A stretch of DNA of 62,848 nucleotides, counting the filler, from Bacteriovoracaceae bacterium (GTDB taxonomy: Bacteria; Bdellovibrionota; Bacteriovoracia; Bacteriovoracales; Bacteriovoracaceae): the NCBI GenBank assembly GCA_018649885.1. It is 3 parts of 3 records of this genome, joined end to end, with 100 filler letters (N's around TTAATTAATTAA, not from the genome) between each part and the next. Parts side by side here need not be neighbours in the genome. Positions count along the whole stretch, not along the records: positions 1 to 24,663 come from JABIHA010000014.1; 2 more parts are not named here. One strand, given 5' to 3'. The notes beneath the pieces were generated by a model. The model was not told the DNA's origin. It saw only the letters and a list, made by a program, of their open reading frames with translations, and searched no databases. The position numbers and the translations under genes are program-made. Shown here piece after piece: positions 9,216 to 20,438 of the stretch. How positions within the stretch are numbered: position 1 is the first letter of the stretch; every line of letters begins with the position of its first letter.

Positions 9216-11216
9216 TTATTGATATACCTGAGGATCTACGTCGAGTTTCACTTGGCTTCGAAATCTCCGTATATTATTGAAAAAAGAGTTAATTAGATTG
9301 TGTAGTTGATTTAAATCGCTAGATTTAATCTGCAAACACCAATAGTATTTATTTGATTTTTTTTCAATGCTGGCAGGCTTTGGTCCCAATATTTCAACCT
9401 TAGAAAAGTGCTCTTCACACATTTTCCTTAAAAGGGCTGCAGCTCCAGTAGCATCTTCTTGAACTCTACTGGGATTTGTACCAATAAAATACAGTAGTGC
9501 CACTTTGGAATATGGAGGGTCGCAAAAAACTTCTCGTGTTTTTATTTCCTCAGCAAAAAATCCATCATAATCAGTTTTTTTAACACTACTCCAGAGAGGA
9601 AGATCCGGATTAAAGCTTTGAATTAATACTCTTCCAGAGTTTGAATAACGACCAGCTCTACCAGCAACCTGAGTAACAAGTTGAAAAACTTTTTCAAAGG
9701 CCCTGAAATCTGGAAAATTTAGTTGATTGTCAGCACCTAAAACTACCACTGTATTTACTTTCTTAAAATTGTGGCCCTTAGAAAGCATCTGAGTACCAAC
9801 AAGAATATCGATCTTTCCAGCATGAAAATTATTTAAAACCTCTTCCATTTTATTGAAGGTAGTAACCTCATCTCGATCAAACCGACCAATAGTATAATTA
9901 GGAAACTGCTCTTTTAATATTGCCACCACTTTTTCTGTGCCAAACCCCTTTGATTCAAGAGTCAAACAACTACATTCTGGGCACTCACTGGGTAGATCTA
10001 TTTCAAATTCACAATGTGAACACGATAGCTTTCTCTTTCTTTTAAAAAATTTAAGTTTAGAAGAACAGTTGAGGCAATTAAACTCTTTCCCACAACCCAT
10101 GCATTGTATAAAACTTGCAAACCCAAGACGATTTACAAATACAATTGCCTGCTCACCCTTTTTCACTGCACTATCAACTGCAGAAAGTGATTCACTTTGA
10201 AAGGGCCAAATCGATGAATCTATTTCTTCAAGAGTCGATTTAATAATTTCAATTGCTGGAGGCTTTCCTTCCCCAACCCTATTTTCAAGTCGTACATAGT
10301 TACTCTGACTAGCTCCCATCCTAAATTGAAAATAGGTTTCAAAAGAAGGTGTCGCAGATCCTAGAACAACAGGAAGCTTCTGCAAGCTCGCCTTTTTAAT
10401 GGCCACATCCCGAGCATTATAGGCACAACGGCTATCTTGTTTAAAAGAATTATCATGCTCCTCATCAATAAGAATTAAACCTAACTTTTTGATGGGTAAG
10501 AAAACACTTGATCTCACTCCCAATACCAACTTGGGTGAGTGATCCTCATAGAGGGTCTTCCACAATAAAAATTTATTTGAATTAGATATTTCTGAATTAT
10601 ATGTATATACGGGCACATCGAGGTAGGTTGTAAAAAAATCTAAGAATTGAGATGTTAAATTAATTTCAGGTAGTAGGTAAAGGACAGAGTTGCCTGATGC
10701 TAGGACATCTTTCATCAGTTTTAAATATACAATAGACTTACCACTTCCTGTGATTCCATGTAAAAGCCACTTTGAAAAACCAGTCCCTAGTGAGACTTTA
10801 ATTCTTTTATAAGCTTCTTCTTGCTCACCTGTAAATTCAAAATGATCTTTAACACCCTTGCCACGGAATGAGTCTAGTGGCCTGGGTCTTTTCATAAGTT
10901 TAGGAAGACAATCAAAAATCAGTTTTCCCAGTGGATAATGATAGTAGCTAGACATCCATTTAAATAATTCCAACTCATTCTCATCAAGAGTAAATGCAGA
11001 ATCAATTTTTTTAATGACCTCTTTATATTTAATTTTAGTATTTAAATTAACTAGGCTTTCTTCTTTAAGCTCAGAGCTCAGAACACAACCAACTTCTTTT
11101 CTCCTGCCTAGGGGGATTTCTACAAGATCACCTCTTGCAAGCTCAATAGAGTGCTTATAAGTCAAAACGGAATTTTGACCGGGAAAATTTACTGCAATTT
11201 CACAATATTGACTCAA
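9216..11216 (-). CDS. priA: Primosomal protein N' (replication restart helicase)
   Basis: GITGSGKS Walker A, DEEH, SATPS, Cys-rich zinc region, QVAGRAGR, terminal DVDP. Confidence 0.96.
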   Translation of the reverse strand: MSQYCEIAVNFPGQNSVLTYKHSIELARGDLVEIPLGRRKEVGCVLSSELKEESLVNLNTKIKYKEVIKKIDSAFTLDENELELFKWMSSYYHYPLGKLIFDCLPKLMKRPRPLDSFRGKGVKDHFEFTGEQEEAYKRIKVSLGTGFSKWLLHGITGSGKSIVYLKLMKDVLASGNSVLYLLPEINLTSQFLDFFTTYLDVPVYTYNSEISNSNKFLLWKTLYEDHSPKLVLGVRSSVFLPIKKLGLILIDEEHDNSFKQDSRCAYNARDVAIKKASLQKLPVVLGSATPSFETYFQFRMGASQSNYVRLENRVGEGKPPAIEIIKSTLEEIDSSIWPFQSESLSAVDSAVKKGEQAIVFVNRLGFASFIQCMGCGKEFNCLNCSSKLKFFKRKRKLSCSHCEFEIDLPSECPECSCLTLESKGFGTEKVVAILKEQFPNYTIGRFDRDEVTTFNKMEEVLNNFHAGKIDILVGTQMLSKGHNFKKVNTVVVLGADNQLNFPDFRAFEKVFQLVTQVAGRAGRYSNSGRVLIQSFNPDLPLWSSVKKTDYDGFFAEEIKTREVFCDPPYSKVALLYFIGTNPSRVQEDATGAAALLRKMCEEHFSKVEILGPKPASIEKKSNKYYWCLQIKSSDLNQLHNLINSFFNNIRRFRSQVKLDVDPQVYQ

Positions 11217-12247
11217 AAAACAAACCTCGGCAGCTCATAGTTCGTGCCCTTTGCAGTTAGTTTCTGATATTTATTTAAAAGCTTATTGTACCCTCTTTTT
11301 GAAAAGGTGAGGTGCTTTAAACTGAGTACCTTAATTTCATAAAAAGAATCATCTTCAAGCTTTGCAAGTATATTTTTCGGCATCTCATGAATGCCATTAA
11401 ATAATATGTAGTCATGAAAACTAAAAGTCGTTTGACCTTTACCAGACATATAAGAAGTCAGTTGCAACTGATGTTTCTCATTGGAGAATAAAGATTTGAA
11501 ATTTCCGAGAAAAACCTTAAGCAAGAAATCGTTTCCTGATTTATCAATATAAACCTGGTCTTTACCTACATACATTGGTTGAGACATGGTATTTTTTACA
11601 GATTCTTTTTCTTCCTCGACTTCAGGCTTGAGAGGTGAAACCAGAGTTTCCTTTAAAGTCGGCTCGTCAGCAACTGTTGTCAGGTAATTTTGATACCTTT
11701 TTAGAAGAGATTCTTTTTCTAAATTAATTAAATTTTTATTCGTTTTAAAGTCAGGTACGTAATTTCTAAAAAAGCTTTTTATATCTCGATCTGTATTTAA
11801 TGCAAGCATTGACATTAGAGAGGTAAATAAGTCTCTTTCATAAAGGCCATCTTCTTTGCTTGCAACGACTTTTGAAATATCCTTTATATATCGATATCTT
11901 AAAAGACCACTATCTAACATTCTGCCATCTCCATAATAAGAGCAGATTAGAGATACTTTCAGTTTTTCCTCATCACTGAAGTGAAAGACCATTTTTAAGA
12001 AAATATCCTTTTCGATCTTTTCCTTTTTCACCAATGGTTGATCTTGATCTGATTCAGGCTGAACTTCAATATCCTCAGGTGTATCATCCGCATTTGGCAT
12101 CAGATCTCTAATCATCAACTTAAGAACAACAGTGTCTTGTTGAATTTCTTTATTGCTGCCATTTCTAAACAAAGACTCTACTGTGGGCAACGCCCATAGG
12201 TTAAATACTATTGTGGTAGATAAAAAAAACAATACCGCTTTATACAT
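11213..12247 (-). CDS. Exported hypothetical protein
   Basis: 344-aa ORF with signal peptide; overlaps galU and priA (translational coupling). Confidence 0.75.
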   Translation of the reverse strand: MYKAVLFFLSTTIVFNLWALPTVESLFRNGSNKEIQQDTVVLKLMIRDLMPNADDTPEDIEVQPESDQDQPLVKKEKIEKDIFLKMVFHFSDEEKLKVSLICSYYGDGRMLDSGLLRYRYIKDISKVVASKEDGLYERDLFTSLMSMLALNTDRDIKSFFRNYVPDFKTNKNLINLEKESLLKRYQNYLTTVADEPTLKETLVSPLKPEVEEEKESVKNTMSQPMYVGKDQVYIDKSGNDFLLKVFLGNFKSLFSNEKHQLQLTSYMSGKGQTTFSFHDYILFNGIHEMPKNILAKLEDDSFYEIKVLSLKHLTFSKRGYNKLLNKYQKLTAKGTNYELPRFVF

Positions 12248-13134
12248 TATGACTTCCTTATCTCACTAAATTTTTCCACAATTATTTTTTCCATATCACT
12301 TCTAAACTCACTAGATCTTAATGCAAATTCCACTGTGGCCCTAAGGTAACCTGGAATATTTCCAGCATCAAACCTATCGCCGTCAAAAATATGAGCATAA
12401 ACTCCACCATCTTTTGCCAATAAATTTATTGCATCAGTGAGCTGGTATTCACCCCCTGCACCTTTAGGTATTTCACTGAGTGCCTGAAATATATCTGGGT
12501 TTAAAATATATCTACCTGGCGTTGCAAGGCAAGTTGGAGCCTCACTTGGCTTTGGCTTTTCTACCATACTATCCATGGTATAAGTTTTAGGGTCTCCATC
12601 AAGAACAGACCCACTAATAATGCCGTACTTATCTGTCTCTTTTCTATCAACTTCCATGACACCAATAACTGTGCCACTTTGATAATTTTCATGAACTTCA
12701 CAAAGTTGTTTTATAACTGGTTTTTCTGACAATACGATGTCGTCACCTAAAAGAACTGCAAAGGGATCATGACCAACAATTGGCGCAGCACATGCGATGG
12801 CGTGACCAAGGCCCAACTGCTCTTTTTGTCGTACTGTTATAACTTCAGTCATTTGACCAATACTCTTAATCTTTTCATAGAGCTCTTCCTTCCCATTTTG
12901 AAGCAGAAAGCTTTCGAGCTCACAATTTCTGTCAAAGTAATTTTCTATTTGCTCTTTACCAGTTGATGTGACAAAAACAATTTGTTCTATACCGGCTTCC
13001 ACTGCTTCTTCTACTACATAATGAACCATCGGCTTATCCACAATTGGGATCATTTCCTTAGGTATTTGCTTAGTAGCTGGCAAAAATCTTGTCCCCTTAC
13101 CAGCAATTGGGATGACGGCTGTTTTAACCTTCAT
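12247..13134 (-). CDS. galU: UTP--glucose-1-phosphate uridylyltransferase
   Basis: AG.GTRFLPATK..PKEM, LGLGHA, VEKP motifs. Confidence 0.97.
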   Translation of the reverse strand: MKVKTAVIPIAGKGTRFLPATKQIPKEMIPIVDKPMVHYVVEEAVEAGIEQIVFVTSTGKEQIENYFDRNCELESFLLQNGKEELYEKIKSIGQMTEVITVRQKEQLGLGHAIACAAPIVGHDPFAVLLGDDIVLSEKPVIKQLCEVHENYQSGTVIGVMEVDRKETDKYGIISGSVLDGDPKTYTMDSMVEKPKPSEAPTCLATPGRYILNPDIFQALSEIPKGAGGEYQLTDAINLLAKDGGVYAHIFDGDRFDAGNIPGYLRATVEFALRSSEFRSDMEKIIVEKFSEIRKS

Positions 13135-13180
13135 TATAATAATCCTTAGTTTCTATATTTTATAACCTCTGGACTTAAGT

Positions 13181-14095
13181 ATGATAAACAAAATGACACA
13201 AACTATCTATTGCCTGAGCTTTTTACTTTTTATTTCTGGCCCTATTCACGCCAAGGTCCACGACTTTGAAACTGCCAGGTTAAAATCAACTGCAGGCTCA
13301 GGAGTTGGCTCCGTTTTAATGAATGAAGCAGCTATACTTAACCCTGCTTCAATTTCATTTTTTTCTTTTACATCAATCTACCTTCAAAAACACGATCTAA
13401 AACTAAAGGGCTCAGGCGAAGCAAATAAGATAACTTCGCAATACGGCAAGAAATCTGATGGGTTGGGTGTTATTTTGGCAGATGGGAAAAATGCCGCTAA
13501 GGGAGCTCTCTCTTACACCATTCAACAAGAAGGTCCTTACAAAAGAAAAAGATTTTCTGCGGGACTAGGCAGCATGGCGAGCAAAACATCTGCCGTAGGT
13601 GCTGGATATCGCTACACTGTCGATGAAGACATATTACTCCCCACTGAAAAAAGTAAAAACAAGTACCACCAATTCACCATGGGAGCCATGCACGCACTAG
13701 GAGAATCACTTACAGTGGGGCTTCTTTATGTTGACCCACTCGGAAAAACTCCTGAAGACTCTAGAGGCTATGTTGGAGGCCAGTATTTTCTAAAACGATT
13801 TATAGCCCTAATAGGCGATGTGGGTGCTGACTACCGCCGAGGTTTATCAGATACACTAGTCTATCGTGCGGCCTTACAACTTAGTTTTTTCAAAGATTTT
13901 TTCGTAAGGGCTGGCTTATTTGATGATAAGGCCATGGGTGAAAGAGGAAATGGTATTGGTATCAGTTGGGTTGGTCCTAAACTAAATATAGATGTGGCGA
14001 TGAAAACAACAAAACCCAACGGATCTTCTGTAACAACTGGAACTCTTGCACAAAAAACACAGGAAACTATTTTTGGTCTTTCATATAGGTTCTAG
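13181..14095 (+). CDS. Exported probable beta-barrel protein
   Basis: Signal peptide, NPA motif, amphipathic strands, C-terminal GLSYRF. Confidence 0.65.
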   Translation: MINKMTQTIYCLSFLLFISGPIHAKVHDFETARLKSTAGSGVGSVLMNEAAILNPASISFFSFTSIYLQKHDLKLKGSGEANKITSQYGKKSDGLGVILADGKNAAKGALSYTIQQEGPYKRKRFSAGLGSMASKTSAVGAGYRYTVDEDILLPTEKSKNKYHQFTMGAMHALGESLTVGLLYVDPLGKTPEDSRGYVGGQYFLKRFIALIGDVGADYRRGLSDTLVYRAALQLSFFKDFFVRAGLFDDKAMGERGNGIGISWVGPKLNIDVAMKTTKPNGSSVTTGTLAQKTQETIFGLSYRF

Positions 14096-14126
14096 TAGCA
14101 AAGCAAGCGACATAAATTTTATTTAT

Positions 14127-14154
14127 TAAGGTTTTCCACGTATTGTCCCGAACT
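14127..14154 (+). promoter_or_regulatory. Possible sigma28 promoter
   Basis: TAAG-N16-CCCGAACT immediately upstream of ATG 14162. Confidence 0.3.
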
Positions 14155-14161
14155 ACCAACT

Positions 14162-14914
14162 ATGCTATTTGATAAACTCCTTTTTAGTGCTGAAAAAGAT
14201 GATGCGCCGGCTGCAGCTGCGCCAGCTGAAGAGAAACCTCAGTTAGCTAGAAAAAAATTAGAAGATTTAAATAAAAAATACCAAACAAGAATCACAGTAG
14301 CGCGCCAAGGTCAGGAAGCCTATTCAACTCAAGATTACGTCAATGCCATAACTTACTACAATCAATATTTAAAAATTATTGCAGAAGTTAAAGGCGCTGA
14401 TATGGCCACACTAAGACCAAAGCATTTTGAAAAAAGAGATACCTCTGAAATGCTTTTAATAAGTCATATATATTGGGATCTTGCTAAAATTTATGATCTC
14501 ACGCCACACTTAAAAACAGAGCTTAGAAGAGTTCTTGATCAGTTCAGCACATTTACAATTAATCAGCCCTACCAAATTGTAAATTCAGAGATGCTTAGAA
14601 AATTTATTAAAAAAGGACGAATGGTAAACGATAAGATTTTCCAAGAGTCTTATAAGAAAATTCAGGTTTCATCAAAGAAATGCTTTATTGCCACCTATGC
14701 TTTTGGATGCGATGCACCTACAACCAATCGACTAAGACTCTTTAAAAGTTTCGTAATGAGACGGCCAATGGGCTTTGTATTGGTGGATCACTATTACAGG
14801 ATCTCACCTCACTTAATTAATTTTTTCCAACAAAATGAGTGGGTTGGAAAGCCTTTGACAACAATCGTTATAAAACCACTTCTTTTCTTAATTTCTTTGC
14901 CCTTTAAAAAGTAG
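14162..14914 (+). CDS. TPR-like protein with C-terminal CFI-box-CTERM domain
   Basis: TPR-like helix pair (GQEAYSTQDYVNAITYY); KCFIATYAFG...LRLFK...G..LV..YYRISP...hydrophobic tail. Confidence 0.75.
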   Translation: MLFDKLLFSAEKDDAPAAAAPAEEKPQLARKKLEDLNKKYQTRITVARQGQEAYSTQDYVNAITYYNQYLKIIAEVKGADMATLRPKHFEKRDTSEMLLISHIYWDLAKIYDLTPHLKTELRRVLDQFSTFTINQPYQIVNSEMLRKFIKKGRMVNDKIFQESYKKIQVSSKKCFIATYAFGCDAPTTNRLRLFKSFVMRRPMGFVLVDHYYRISPHLINFFQQNEWVGKPLTTIVIKPLLFLISLPFKK

Positions 14915-14980
14915 TATTCATCAATGTAAGGTAGCTCTCCCTTCTTCACTAGCAGATACACGTGTGATATAAAGCGCTCA

Positions 14981-15580
14981 ATGGAAACACTCACAAATTC
15001 AAGTAGTTACACATATAATCAGTTGTGCTCTAAAGCCGAAACTCTAAAGGTTCTGACTTACCCAAATCCCATCCTTAGAAAAAAATCTGAAGATGTAACA
15101 GACTTTGATGAGGGGCTCAAAGAGTTCGTAAGCAAGATGCTGATCACAATGTACCTAGCTCCCGGCATAGGACTAGCAGCACCACAAACAGGGCTACTTA
15201 AAAAGATTTTAATCATAGACCTGGATTACAAGAAAGAAATTATAGAGAAGTTTTCAGGTGAAGATGAAATTCAATACAGTGGTTTTAATCCTCTGGTGCT
15301 AATCAATCCAAAAATTTTAAGCGGATCCGGATCACAGAAATCACAAGAAGGATGCTTAAGTCTTCCTGGAATTTATGAAGACGTTGAACGCTTTTCTAAA
15401 ATCACTATTTCTTACCAAACACTTTCGGGAGAAACCAAAATGCTTGAATCAGATGACTTACAAAGCATTTGCATTCAACATGAAATGGATCACCTTGAGG
15501 GTGTTGTCTTTTTAGACCATTTAAGCCGACTAAAGAAACAATTTTATATTAAGAAAATTCAGAAAAAGAAGCGTTCATGA
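14981..15580 (+). CDS. def: Peptide deformylase
   Basis: GIGLAAPQ, EGCLS, QHEMDHLEG. Confidence 0.97.
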   Translation: METLTNSSSYTYNQLCSKAETLKVLTYPNPILRKKSEDVTDFDEGLKEFVSKMLITMYLAPGIGLAAPQTGLLKKILIIDLDYKKEIIEKFSGEDEIQYSGFNPLVLINPKILSGSGSQKSQEGCLSLPGIYEDVERFSKITISYQTLSGETKMLESDDLQSICIQHEMDHLEGVVFLDHLSRLKKQFYIKKIQKKKRS

Positions 15581-16542
15581 CCCAAGATGGCAAAAAAATA
15601 AAAACCATTTTTATGGGTACCCCAGATTTTTCTCTTCCGGCCCTCGCGGAGCTAGAAAAAAATGACAAAATAGAACTTCTATTCGCTGTCACTATGCCAG
15701 ATCGACCAGTTGGGCGTGGCCATAAAATTCATTCACCACCTGTTGCTGAATATTGTAAATCAAGAGGAATCAAATTATTTCAAACTGAAAATGTAAACAG
15801 AGACCCAGAGGTTCTTGGCTCTATAGATAATTCAGAAGTCGATATGATCTTGGTTCTGGCATTTGCCCAGTTTTTAGGTTCTAAAATATTGAAAGCCCCC
15901 AAACTTGGCTGTTTCAACATTCACACATCTATTCTTCCAAAGTATAGAGGAGCTGCCCCCATTCAATATGCCATCCTTAATGGTGATACCGTAACCGGTG
16001 TATCCATACAAAAAATGGTGAGAAAAATGGATGCAGGAGATCTGGCCCTTTGTCAGGAAGTTAAAATTGGTGAGACAGAAACAGGTGGAGAGTTATACGA
16101 TAAATTAAAACAAAAAGCAGGCTCAGCGCTATCAGATTTTGTTGACTTACTTTACCAAGGTAAAGTTACCTATACTCCGCAAGATGAAAGCCAGGTAAGT
16201 ATTGCTCCAACACTAGATAAAGAAGACGGTCATCTCGACTTTGATTCTTTTTACGATACAGAGATCTTTAACCGAGTTCGTGCACTCTACCCATGGCCTG
16301 GAACTTACTTTTTTCTTGATGGAAAAAGGTTAAAAGTATTAGAGGCAAAAATCTCTTCAGAAAAATTAAAACCTTCAGAAATTAAACAAGGTGCTAAGAA
16401 CCTAATTATTGGATGTAAACAAGGCTCTCTCAGACTCTCAAAAGTACAACTTGAGGGAAAGAAGGCTTGCGAAGATGGTGAGCTTATTAATGGATATAAA
16501 GGCCGCCTAATCATTACTCCAGGAGCTGTTAAAAATGGATAA
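15577..16542 (+). CDS. fmt: Methionyl-tRNA formyltransferase
   Basis: FMGTPDF, NIHTSILPKYRGAAPIQ, MDAGD; follows def. Confidence 0.97.
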   Translation: MTQDGKKIKTIFMGTPDFSLPALAELEKNDKIELLFAVTMPDRPVGRGHKIHSPPVAEYCKSRGIKLFQTENVNRDPEVLGSIDNSEVDMILVLAFAQFLGSKILKAPKLGCFNIHTSILPKYRGAAPIQYAILNGDTVTGVSIQKMVRKMDAGDLALCQEVKIGETETGGELYDKLKQKAGSALSDFVDLLYQGKVTYTPQDESQVSIAPTLDKEDGHLDFDSFYDTEIFNRVRALYPWPGTYFFLDGKRLKVLEAKISSEKLKPSEIKQGAKNLIIGCKQGSLRLSKVQLEGKKACEDGELINGYKGRLIITPGAVKNG

Positions 16543-17188
16543 AATTGTATCTCCAAGTTTGCTTGCATGTGATTTTTTAAATTTAGGAGCTGAGCTAAAG
16601 GCTTTTGATAATGTAGAGGACCTTTGGTTTCACATAGATGTAATGGATGCACACTTTGTGCCCAACTTAACCTTTGGCCACCCAGTCGTTAAAAAACTTC
16701 AAACTGTGACTAAGAAAAAGCTAGACGCACACTTCATGGTGACGGACCCAACTTTTTTTGCTGATAATTTTAAAGATTGTGGGATACATAATTTTAGCTT
16801 CCATTGGGAAGCGACCAATCACCACGACAGATTAATTAGTTATTTAAAAGACCTGTATCCAAGTGTAGGAATTGCACTTAATCCGTCCACACCGATTGAA
16901 GCAATCCCTGATTACTTACTAAGCCGTGTTGACCTAGTTCTTCTAATGTCTGTTAACCCAGGCTTTGGTGGGCAAAAATTCATAGAAAGCACTGTAGAAA
17001 AGACAAAATCTCTAAACCAAAAAAGAGAAAAGCTACAAGCAAATTTTCAAATCCAAATTGATGGAGGAGTCACCAATAAAAATGCCATGACTCTAAGAGA
17101 TGCTGGGGCCAATAATTTAGTCGCGGGATCATATATATTTAAAGGTCAGCCTAGTGAGTATCAACAATTAGCTGACAGCTTGAGGTAA
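16535..17188 (+). CDS. rpe: Ribulose-phosphate 3-epimerase
   Basis: SPSLL, HIDVMD.HFVPNLTFG, MSVNPGFGGQKF, DGGV. Confidence 0.97.
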   Translation: MDKIVSPSLLACDFLNLGAELKAFDNVEDLWFHIDVMDAHFVPNLTFGHPVVKKLQTVTKKKLDAHFMVTDPTFFADNFKDCGIHNFSFHWEATNHHDRLISYLKDLYPSVGIALNPSTPIEAIPDYLLSRVDLVLLMSVNPGFGGQKFIESTVEKTKSLNQKREKLQANFQIQIDGGVTNKNAMTLRDAGANNLVAGSYIFKGQPSEYQQLADSLR

Positions 17189-17198
17189 GTACAAAGTA

Positions 17199-18758
17199 AT
17201 GAAAACAAATTTTTCTAGAGCAAAAAAATACTATATTACTGGTCGAGATATAACTCTTGAAGAAATCCATGACATCTCCCATGCAAAACCCGGAGAAGTG
17301 ATCGTAGAGATTTCACCTGAAGCCTTGAAGGCGACACAAATTGCCCGCGACTTTGTTCACAAAGTTGTAGATGAAGGAAAGCCTGTTTACGGAATCAATA
17401 CTGGTTTTGGAGCGCTTTCAGATAAATTTATAAATAAGGATGACTTGGCTGAACTCCAAGTCAATCTTGTTAGATCACACTGTACAGGTGTTGGTAGACC
17501 ATTTCACATGGTCATCACCAGGGCCATCATGCTACTCAGGGCCAATTGTCTTGCCCAAGGACATTCGGGAGTAAACCCTGAAATCATCCAACTCCTTCTA
17601 GATTTTATTAACTATGGTATTACACCTATTGTCCCTGAAAAAGGATCTGTTGGTGCCAGTGGTGATCTAGCCCCACTTTCTCATATTGCCCTCAACCTTA
17701 TTGGTGAGGGACAAGTGATTTTTGAGGGGAAAGAAATTGGTGCAAACTTAGCAATAAATTCCATAGGTAAAAAACCAGCAGTGCTTGGGCCTAAAGATGG
17801 CCTTGCACTTATAAATGGTACGGCCGTAATGGCTGCCCTTGGTAGCCTCGCTCTTCACCGGGCAAATAGTCTCATAAAAATTGCAGATATTTCTAGTTGC
17901 CTAACCCTTGAAGCAGTAAGAGGTTCGAGACAAGCCTATCACCAAGGTATTACTGCTCTTAAACCTCATCCTGGCCAAATAGAGTGCTGTGATAATCTCA
18001 ACAGACTCCTTGTAAATTCTGAAGTTTCTGAATCACATAAAGATTGTAATAAAGTCCAAGATCCATACTCTCTAAGATGTGTTCCTCAGGTTCACGGAGC
18101 CTGCAGACAAACTCTTAAACACGCTCTTGATGTATTTCAAGTAGAGATTAATTCAGTAACTGATAATCCTCTTATTTTCCCTGAAACAGGGGAAATCATA
18201 TCTGGTGGGAATTTCCATGGTGAAGCAGTTGCCATGTGTATGGACTATCTCGCCATCGGCCTTGCAGAGTTATGTAATATTTGCGAAAGAAGAGTTGAAA
18301 AAATGATGAATCCAATTTTTTCAGAACTTCCTCCTTTTTTAATTGAAGACTCCGGACTTAACTCAGGACTCATGATTGCACAGGTTACACTAGCAGCTCT
18401 TGCCTCAGAAAATAAATACCTCTGCCATCCTGCTTCAGTAGATTCGATTCCAACTTCAACTGATAAGGAAGACCACGTTTCAATGGGCGTAACATCTGGC
18501 CGTAAACTTATTGAAGTATTAGATAATCTCAAATACGGACTTAGTATTGAGATACTATGTAATACACAGGCTCTTGAATTTCTTAAGCCATTAAAACCTG
18601 CTAGCCCACTTGTTCCCGTCTATGATTTAGTCAGAATGCACGTGACCCCAATAGTAAAGGACCGAGTCCTTTCTAAAGATATTGAATCAATTAAAAAACT
18701 TATTGAAAGTAACGAAATACTCAAAGTCGTTGAACAAGAAATTGGACCGCTGAGATAA
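17199..18758 (+). CDS. hutH: Histidine ammonia-lyase
   Basis: YGINTGFG, MIO-forming GASGDL, QDPYSLRC, GGNFHG, EDHVSMG. Confidence 0.97.
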   Translation: MKTNFSRAKKYYITGRDITLEEIHDISHAKPGEVIVEISPEALKATQIARDFVHKVVDEGKPVYGINTGFGALSDKFINKDDLAELQVNLVRSHCTGVGRPFHMVITRAIMLLRANCLAQGHSGVNPEIIQLLLDFINYGITPIVPEKGSVGASGDLAPLSHIALNLIGEGQVIFEGKEIGANLAINSIGKKPAVLGPKDGLALINGTAVMAALGSLALHRANSLIKIADISSCLTLEAVRGSRQAYHQGITALKPHPGQIECCDNLNRLLVNSEVSESHKDCNKVQDPYSLRCVPQVHGACRQTLKHALDVFQVEINSVTDNPLIFPETGEIISGGNFHGEAVAMCMDYLAIGLAELCNICERRVEKMMNPIFSELPPFLIEDSGLNSGLMIAQVTLAALASENKYLCHPASVDSIPTSTDKEDHVSMGVTSGRKLIEVLDNLKYGLSIEILCNTQALEFLKPLKPASPLVPVYDLVRMHVTPIVKDRVLSKDIESIKKLIESNEILKVVEQEIGPLR

Positions 18759-18769
18759 AAGGATAATCC

Positions 18770-20425
18770 ATGAAACGCGAAATCCCTCTTCCACCTACTG
18801 GATCAACTCTTAATTGTAAGGGTTGGCACCAAGAGGCAGCCCTTAGATGTCTTTTAAATAATTTGCACCCAGAGGTTGCTGAAGATCGAGACAGCCTTAT
18901 TGTTTACGGCGGGAACGGACAAGCTGCAAGAAACCACGACGCCCTTTTTAATATTATTGACTCACTAAAAAACCTTGAAAACGATCAAACACTTCTAGTG
19001 CAATCTGGAAAACCAGTCGCTGTCATTCCTTCACACCCTCATGGGCCAAGAGTATTGATTGCAAATTCCAATCTTGTTCCAAACTGGGCCAACTGGGAGC
19101 ACTTCAATCATTTAAAAGAGAAAGGTCTAATGATGTACGGCCAAATGACTGCAGGCTCGTGGATCTATATTGGGAGCCAAGGAATACTACAGGGAACATA
19201 TGAAACTTTTATGGCCGCTGCTGAAAAACACTGGGGAGAGGGATCAAATCTTTCTGGTAAATTGGTTTTATCGGCAGGTCTCGGTGGCATGGGCGGAGCT
19301 CAACCACTTGCTGTAAAAATGGCAGGAGGGGTATTTCTAGGAGCAGATGTTGATGTCACTAGAATCCAAAAAAGACTCGATAGTAAATATCTTGATATAT
19401 TAGCAAATACTTTTGATGAGGCAATAGAGTTGGCACTCAAGGCCCGTGATAGAAGTGAAGCTGTTTCCATCGGCGTAGTTGGAAATGCTGCAGATTTTTT
19501 TGAATATGTTCTCAAAAGCGAAATCTGTCCTGAACTTGTCACTGACCAAACCTCTGCCCATGATCCGATTAATGGATATGTCCCCAGAGGATATGACCTC
19601 GATGAAGCCTTTAAACTCCGAAATAGGAATTCAGCTGAGTACAAAGAAAAAAGCTTAAGTACAATGAAAGACCATGTGCAAGCAATGCTCGACTTTCAAA
19701 AGCGAGGCTCCCACGTCTTTGATTATGGAAATAATTTAAGAGAAGGTGCAAAAATAGCAGGATTAAAAAATGCTTACGACTTTCCTGGTTTTGTTCCTGC
19801 CTATATTAGACCTCTTTTCTGTGAAGGATCTGGTCCATTTAGATGGGTCGCCCTGTCAGGTGACCCCGAAGATATATATACAACAGACCGTGCTCTCCTA
19901 GAGCTTTTTCCAGAAAATAAAAAATTACACAACTGGATTGATAAAGCACAAAAAATGGTTCAATTCCAGGGACTGCCTTCGAGAATCTGTTGGCTCAAGT
20001 ACGGAGAGAGAGAAAAGGCAGGTCTGCTTTTCAATAAGCTTGTTCGTGATAAAAAAGTAAAAGCACCCATTGTCATAGGACGTGACCACTTGGATTGCGG
20101 CTCGGTTGCTTCACCCAATAGGGAAACTGAAGGGATGCGAGATGGAACAGATGCTGTTTCTGACTGGGCCTTATTAAATGCAATGATCAACACAATGAAT
20201 GGCGCTAGTTGGATTAGCTTTCATCACGGCGGTGGAGTCGGAATGGGTTATTCTCAACATGCGGGAATGGTTATACTTGCTGATGGCTCTGAAGATATGG
20301 ATCATAGAATTTCGAGAGTTTTAAATTCTGATCCCGGCATGGGTATAATTCGGCACGCAGATGCTGGCTATGAAATCGCACTCGAGTGTGCCCAAAAAAC
20401 AAATATTGGGTTTCCCTCTCTTTAA
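18770..20425 (+). CDS. hutU: Urocanate hydratase
   Basis: [42 protein letters not shown]. Confidence 0.98.
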   Translation: MKREIPLPPTGSTLNCKGWHQEAALRCLLNNLHPEVAEDRDSLIVYGGNGQAARNHDALFNIIDSLKNLENDQTLLVQSGKPVAVIPSHPHGPRVLIANSNLVPNWANWEHFNHLKEKGLMMYGQMTAGSWIYIGSQGILQGTYETFMAAAEKHWGEGSNLSGKLVLSAGLGGMGGAQPLAVKMAGGVFLGADVDVTRIQKRLDSKYLDILANTFDEAIELALKARDRSEAVSIGVVGNAADFFEYVLKSEICPELVTDQTSAHDPINGYVPRGYDLDEAFKLRNRNSAEYKEKSLSTMKDHVQAMLDFQKRGSHVFDYGNNLREGAKIAGLKNAYDFPGFVPAYIRPLFCEGSGPFRWVALSGDPEDIYTTDRALLELFPENKKLHNWIDKAQKMVQFQGLPSRICWLKYGEREKAGLLFNKLVRDKKVKAPIVIGRDHLDCGSVASPNRETEGMRDGTDAVSDWALLNAMINTMNGASWISFHHGGGVGMGYSQHAGMVILADGSEDMDHRISRVLNSDPGMGIIRHADAGYEIALECAQKTNIGFPSL

Positions 20426-20438
20426 TGGAGAAAGTACC

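Noticed and set aside
20361..20438. Long N-terminus of hutI
   Set aside because: It overlaps hutU; ATG 20439 has a proper RBS.
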